Positions 14,770 to 17,405 of a DNA stretch of 17,405 nt are shown here, in pieces. Source of the DNA: Burkholderiaceae bacterium (GTDB taxonomy: Bacteria; Pseudomonadota; Gammaproteobacteria; Burkholderiales; Burkholderiaceae_D); contig JBKJLF010000370.1 in assembly GCA_046597185.1 (NCBI GenBank), positions 1 to 17,405 of the forward strand, written 5' to 3'. Numbering within the stretch: the first letter of the stretch is position 1; each line of letters starts with the position of its first letter. The notes beneath the pieces were generated by a model. It did not search any database and was not told the origin of the DNA. It saw nothing but the letters and a program-made list of their open reading frames with translations. Position numbers and translations under genes: made by a program.

Positions 14770-14880
14770 CTACGGGGGTCAGGCGAGCCTGATCTGCGGC
14801 ACTTGTGGTTTGTGATCGTGGCTGCTTCGTTCCCGACCTGACCAGGTTAACCACGCCACAATGCGCAGGGGCCCGCCGAG
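14770..14880 (-). ncRNA. ffs: Signal recognition particle RNA (4.5S/SRP RNA, ffs).
   Basis: The minus-strand sequence ...UUGUGGCGUGGUUAACCUGGUCAGGUCGGGAACGAAGCAGCCACGAUCACAAACCACAA... contains the conserved domain IV core (compare E. coli CCAGGUCAGGUCCGGAAGGAAGCAGCC). Flanking segments are complementary (UUGUGG/CCACAA, CGUGG/CCACG). A TATAAT box lies immediately upstream. ffs adjacent to and upstream of dnaX is a known conserved linkage (e.g. scr-dnaX-yaaK-recR in Bacillus subtilis). The ends are approximate. Confidence 0.75.
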
Positions 14881-14884
14881 CGCT

Positions 14885-14890
14885 ATTATA
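14885..14890 (-). promoter_or_regulatory. -10 box (TATAAT on the minus strand) for ffs.
   Basis: The reverse complement of 14885-14890 is TATAAT, about 7-10 nt upstream of the predicted RNA 5' end. No convincing -35 was seen. Confidence 0.4.
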
Positions 14891-14981
14891 GCCGAAAACG
14901 TGGCAGCGTCCGAATTGCCGTGTTGTTCGAATATCTGCCCCCGACTTCCCCCACATTTTGTCCGCATTGCAGGCGCGGCCA

Positions 14982-16466
14982 CTACCAACCCAACTGCTGC
15001 CACAATTGATCGACCCGCAATTTGGTAGCCGCATCCATGGCAATGGTTTGCCCCCATTCGCGCGTGGTTTCACCGGGCCATTTATTGGTGGCATCAATCC
15101 CCATCTTGCTACCCAAACCACTCACGGGCGAGGCAAAATCAAGATAATCAATCGGGGTTTGATCCACCAGGGTGGTGTCGCGCAAAGGGTCAACCCGAGT
15201 GGTAATGGCCCAGATTACTTCTTTCCAATCGCGAATATTCACATCCTCATCCACCACAATAATGAATTTGGTATACATGAACTGGCGCAAAAAGCTCCAC
15301 ACCCCAAACATCACGCGTTTGGCATGCCCGGCATAGGATTTTTTCATTTGCACCACCGCCATCCGATAACTACACCCTTCGGGCGGCAGATAAAAATCGG
15401 TAATTTCACTAAATTGCTTTTGCAACAAGGGCACAAATACTTCATTTAAGGCCACGCCCAACACCGCTGGCTCGTCCGGCGGTTTGCCAGTATAGGTGGA
15501 ATGGTAGATGGGGTCGCGCCGCATGGTGATGCGGTCGATGGTAAACACGGGAAAATAATCTTGCTCATTATAATAGCCAGTATGGTCGCCATATGGCCCT
15601 TCCAGCGCATGCTCGTAACCCGTTGGGTGATTCGGATCGGGGTAGATATGGCCTTCCAATACAATTTCTGCCGAAGCAGGCACTTGCAGGTGGCTGCCGA
15701 TGGCTTTGACCAGTTCGGTGCGGCTACCGCGCAACAGTCCGGCGAACTGGTATTCCGATAAACTGTCCGGCACCGGCGTCACCGCACCCAAAATCGTGGC
15801 CGGGTCGGCCCCCAAAGCCACAGCAATCGGATAAGGCTGGCCTTTGTTAACAATGCCATGTTCGCGAAAATCCAACGCGCCACCCCGATGCGCCAACCAG
15901 CGCATAATCACTTTATTGCGCGAGAGCACTTGTTGGCGATAAATGCCAAGGTTTTGCCGCTTTTTATGCGGCCCCTTGGTAATCACCAAACCCCAGGTGA
16001 TTAAAGGTGCCACATCACCCGGCCAACAATGTTGAATTGGCAATGATGCCAAATCGACTTGATTGCCCTCCCAAACGATTTCCTGGCATGCTGCACTGCG
16101 CAAAACCTTGGGTGCCATATCCCATACCGCCTTGATCAAGCTGCCCATACCCATGACATCCTTAAAACCCTTGGGTGGCTCGGGTTCTTTTAGACTTGCT
16201 AACACATGGCCTATTTTACGTAACTCACTGATATCATCCACCCCCATTCCTAGCGCAACCCGGTGCGGCGTGCCAAAAAGATTCCCTAAAACCGGAATAG
16301 TATGGCCGATTGGTTGCGTAAATAACAGAGCCGGGCCAGCCATGCGCAATGTGCGGTCGCACAATTCGGTCATTTCAAGGTGTGGCGAAACAGGCACGTC
16401 CACCGTCTTTAACTCGCCATTTCGTTGCAATTGAGAAATAAAGTCGCGTAAGTCAGAATATTTCAT
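14982..16466 (-). CDS. ubiD: 4-hydroxy-3-polyprenylbenzoate decarboxylase UbiD (ubiquinone biosynthesis).
   Basis: The protein is collinear over essentially its full length with my recollection of E. coli UbiD: MKYSDLRDF..., [103 protein letters not shown]. Confidence 0.95.
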   Translation of the reverse strand: MKYSDLRDFISQLQRNGELKTVDVPVSPHLEMTELCDRTLRMAGPALLFTQPIGHTIPVLGNLFGTPHRVALGMGVDDISELRKIGHVLASLKEPEPPKGFKDVMGMGSLIKAVWDMAPKVLRSAACQEIVWEGNQVDLASLPIQHCWPGDVAPLITWGLVITKGPHKKRQNLGIYRQQVLSRNKVIMRWLAHRGGALDFREHGIVNKGQPYPIAVALGADPATILGAVTPVPDSLSEYQFAGLLRGSRTELVKAIGSHLQVPASAEIVLEGHIYPDPNHPTGYEHALEGPYGDHTGYYNEQDYFPVFTIDRITMRRDPIYHSTYTGKPPDEPAVLGVALNEVFVPLLQKQFSEITDFYLPPEGCSYRMAVVQMKKSYAGHAKRVMFGVWSFLRQFMYTKFIIVVDEDVNIRDWKEVIWAITTRVDPLRDTTLVDQTPIDYLDFASPVSGLGSKMGIDATNKWPGETTREWGQTIAMDAATKLRVDQLWQQLGW

Positions 16467-16599
16467 AAGTTTTTTTGTTTTTTTGAATGTGAATTCAATT
16501 AGTCAGGTAAATCTATCAAGTACTTGATTCTATTCAGTTTTGTGATGCGACAGTGAAAAAAGTCAGACACAAAAGTTATAACAAACGCGTTTGATAGTA

Positions 16600-16628
16600 T
16601 TGACTTGATATAAAAGGCCTTTTACAAT
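16600..16628 (+). promoter_or_regulatory. Near-consensus sigma70-type promoter: TTGACT, 17 bp, TACAAT.
   Basis: TTGACT at 16600-16605, a 17-nt spacer, TACAAT at 16623-16628. It faces the gene at 16962, about 330 nt downstream. Confidence 0.4.
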
Positions 16629-16961
16629 CTGCCTCACTTGATGAAAAAACTGTTTTTTGCGTGATGCCACCGCCTGAAACAGAACCGAGGTCAGCCAAAC
16701 AGTTGACCACATCATTCACGGGGTTCGGGGCCCCAACAACATTATGGAGTGTTTTTTCTTAAGGCTTCTGCCTTCCCCCGGTGTAACGATTTGTCGAGTG
16801 GGTGCTTTGCACCTGGCTCACGCCAAGCAAATCTGGCCAGGCAAATCTGACGGCGTCTTTTGCGTGCATTGTGCGGCATTTGACGATATTTCTGATATTC
16901 GGTGTCGTACTGCAAATTCGCAGTTGGATTAGTGCGCGCCGCGATTATTCAGGGGAATACT

Positions 16962-17405
16962 ATGTTTTCAAAATTTAACCTTGCAACATGGGCTGCGCTT
17001 AAAGCTTCAGTCGGCCATTCAGGTAGTTTCATTCTCGTAGCACACCACACTATGCGTGGTTTATTAGCAACAGCAAAACAAACCTTGATGCTTTTGGGAT
17101 TAATCAGCCTCGGCTTGGCTGGTATGGTGTATGCCAAACCAGAATCCTTACATCGCATTCAAGCCAGCTTGGCCCGGATTAGCCCCGCACCTGCAATCCA
17201 GCCATCCCAACCCATTACCGCCGCTTCTGCCACACACGAATCAACGATGTCACCCAGCAATAATCCGGTGAGTCCTGATACCCCTTTCAAAACCGCTCGC
17301 GCTGCAAATAGTTCCGCCAATCATTCCGGTACGAACTTTGGCACCAATTTTGGCACGAATTTTGGTAATAAGGAAGCCAACCTCAACGCCAGCAAATTCA
17401 CCAAT
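16962..17405 (+). CDS. 5' part of an exported/membrane hypothetical protein. The gene runs off the right edge of the window.
   Basis: ATG 16962 is preceded by AGGGGAA. The frame is open to the window end. An internal candidate start at ATG 17052 would give MRGLLATAKQTLMLLGLISLGLAGMVYAKP, which is signal-peptide-like. This is followed by a Pro/Ser/Ala-rich region and GTNF tandem repeats (17338-17375). It is absent from the ORF track because there is no stop in the window. Confidence 0.5.
   Translation, partial: MFSKFNLATWAALKASVGHSGSFILVAHHTMRGLLATAKQTLMLLGLISLGLAGMVYAKPESLHRIQASLARISPAPAIQPSQPITAASATHESTMSPSNNPVSPDTPFKTARAANSSANHSGTNFGTNFGTNFGNKEANLNASKFTN

Noticed and set aside
12534-14841. 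Numerous 60-210-aa ORFs on both strands within dnaX, e.g. 13288..13923 (+), 13960..14394 (+), 14340..14639 (-).
   Set aside because: dnaX is collinear with E. coli tau over its entire length. The others are Arg/Trp/Cys-rich off-frame or antisense artefacts.
14958-16434. Plus-strand ORFs 14958..15449, 15501..15761 and 16063..16434 inside ubiD.
   Set aside because: They are antisense to a full-length UbiD match.

Overview
The window has three parts. (1) Right half, about 11.5-16.5 kb: a conserved housekeeping block, all on the minus strand. It reads ubiD, then an SRP RNA gene (ffs), then dnaX (with an apparent programmed -1 frameshift site), ybaB and recR. A partial exported-protein gene sits at the far right end. 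(2) Left half, about 1.0-7.3 kb: an unusual three-gene signalling cluster that could be a defence system. It contains a flotillin-like SPFH protein bracketed by zinc ribbons with a very long coiled coil. Next is a soluble Hanks-type Ser/Thr kinase with an N-terminal SHOCT-like helix, a poly-Q/charged coiled-coil linker and a C-terminal FGE-sulfatase-like domain that lacks the catalytic cysteines. A convergently oriented zinc-ribbon + FHA-domain protein completes it. No partner phosphatase is present in the window. An AbiEi-type (abortive-infection antitoxin-like) wHTH protein is transcribed divergently from the cluster and has no intact toxin partner. (3) Between the two, about 8.0-11.5 kb: a decayed, partly AT-rich accessory islet. 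It holds an IS200-like Y1-transposase pseudogene (in-frame TAG plus frameshift), a three-frame gene remnant, a tspO fragment fused to an internal ycaO fragment, an intact phd/yefM-vapC toxin-antitoxin pair, and a 36-bp recR-derived repeat about 430 bp beyond recR. All calls rest on reading the six-frame translations and the DNA by eye. No database search was run. Family assignments are recalled motif matches and should be confirmed with HMM/BLAST searches.
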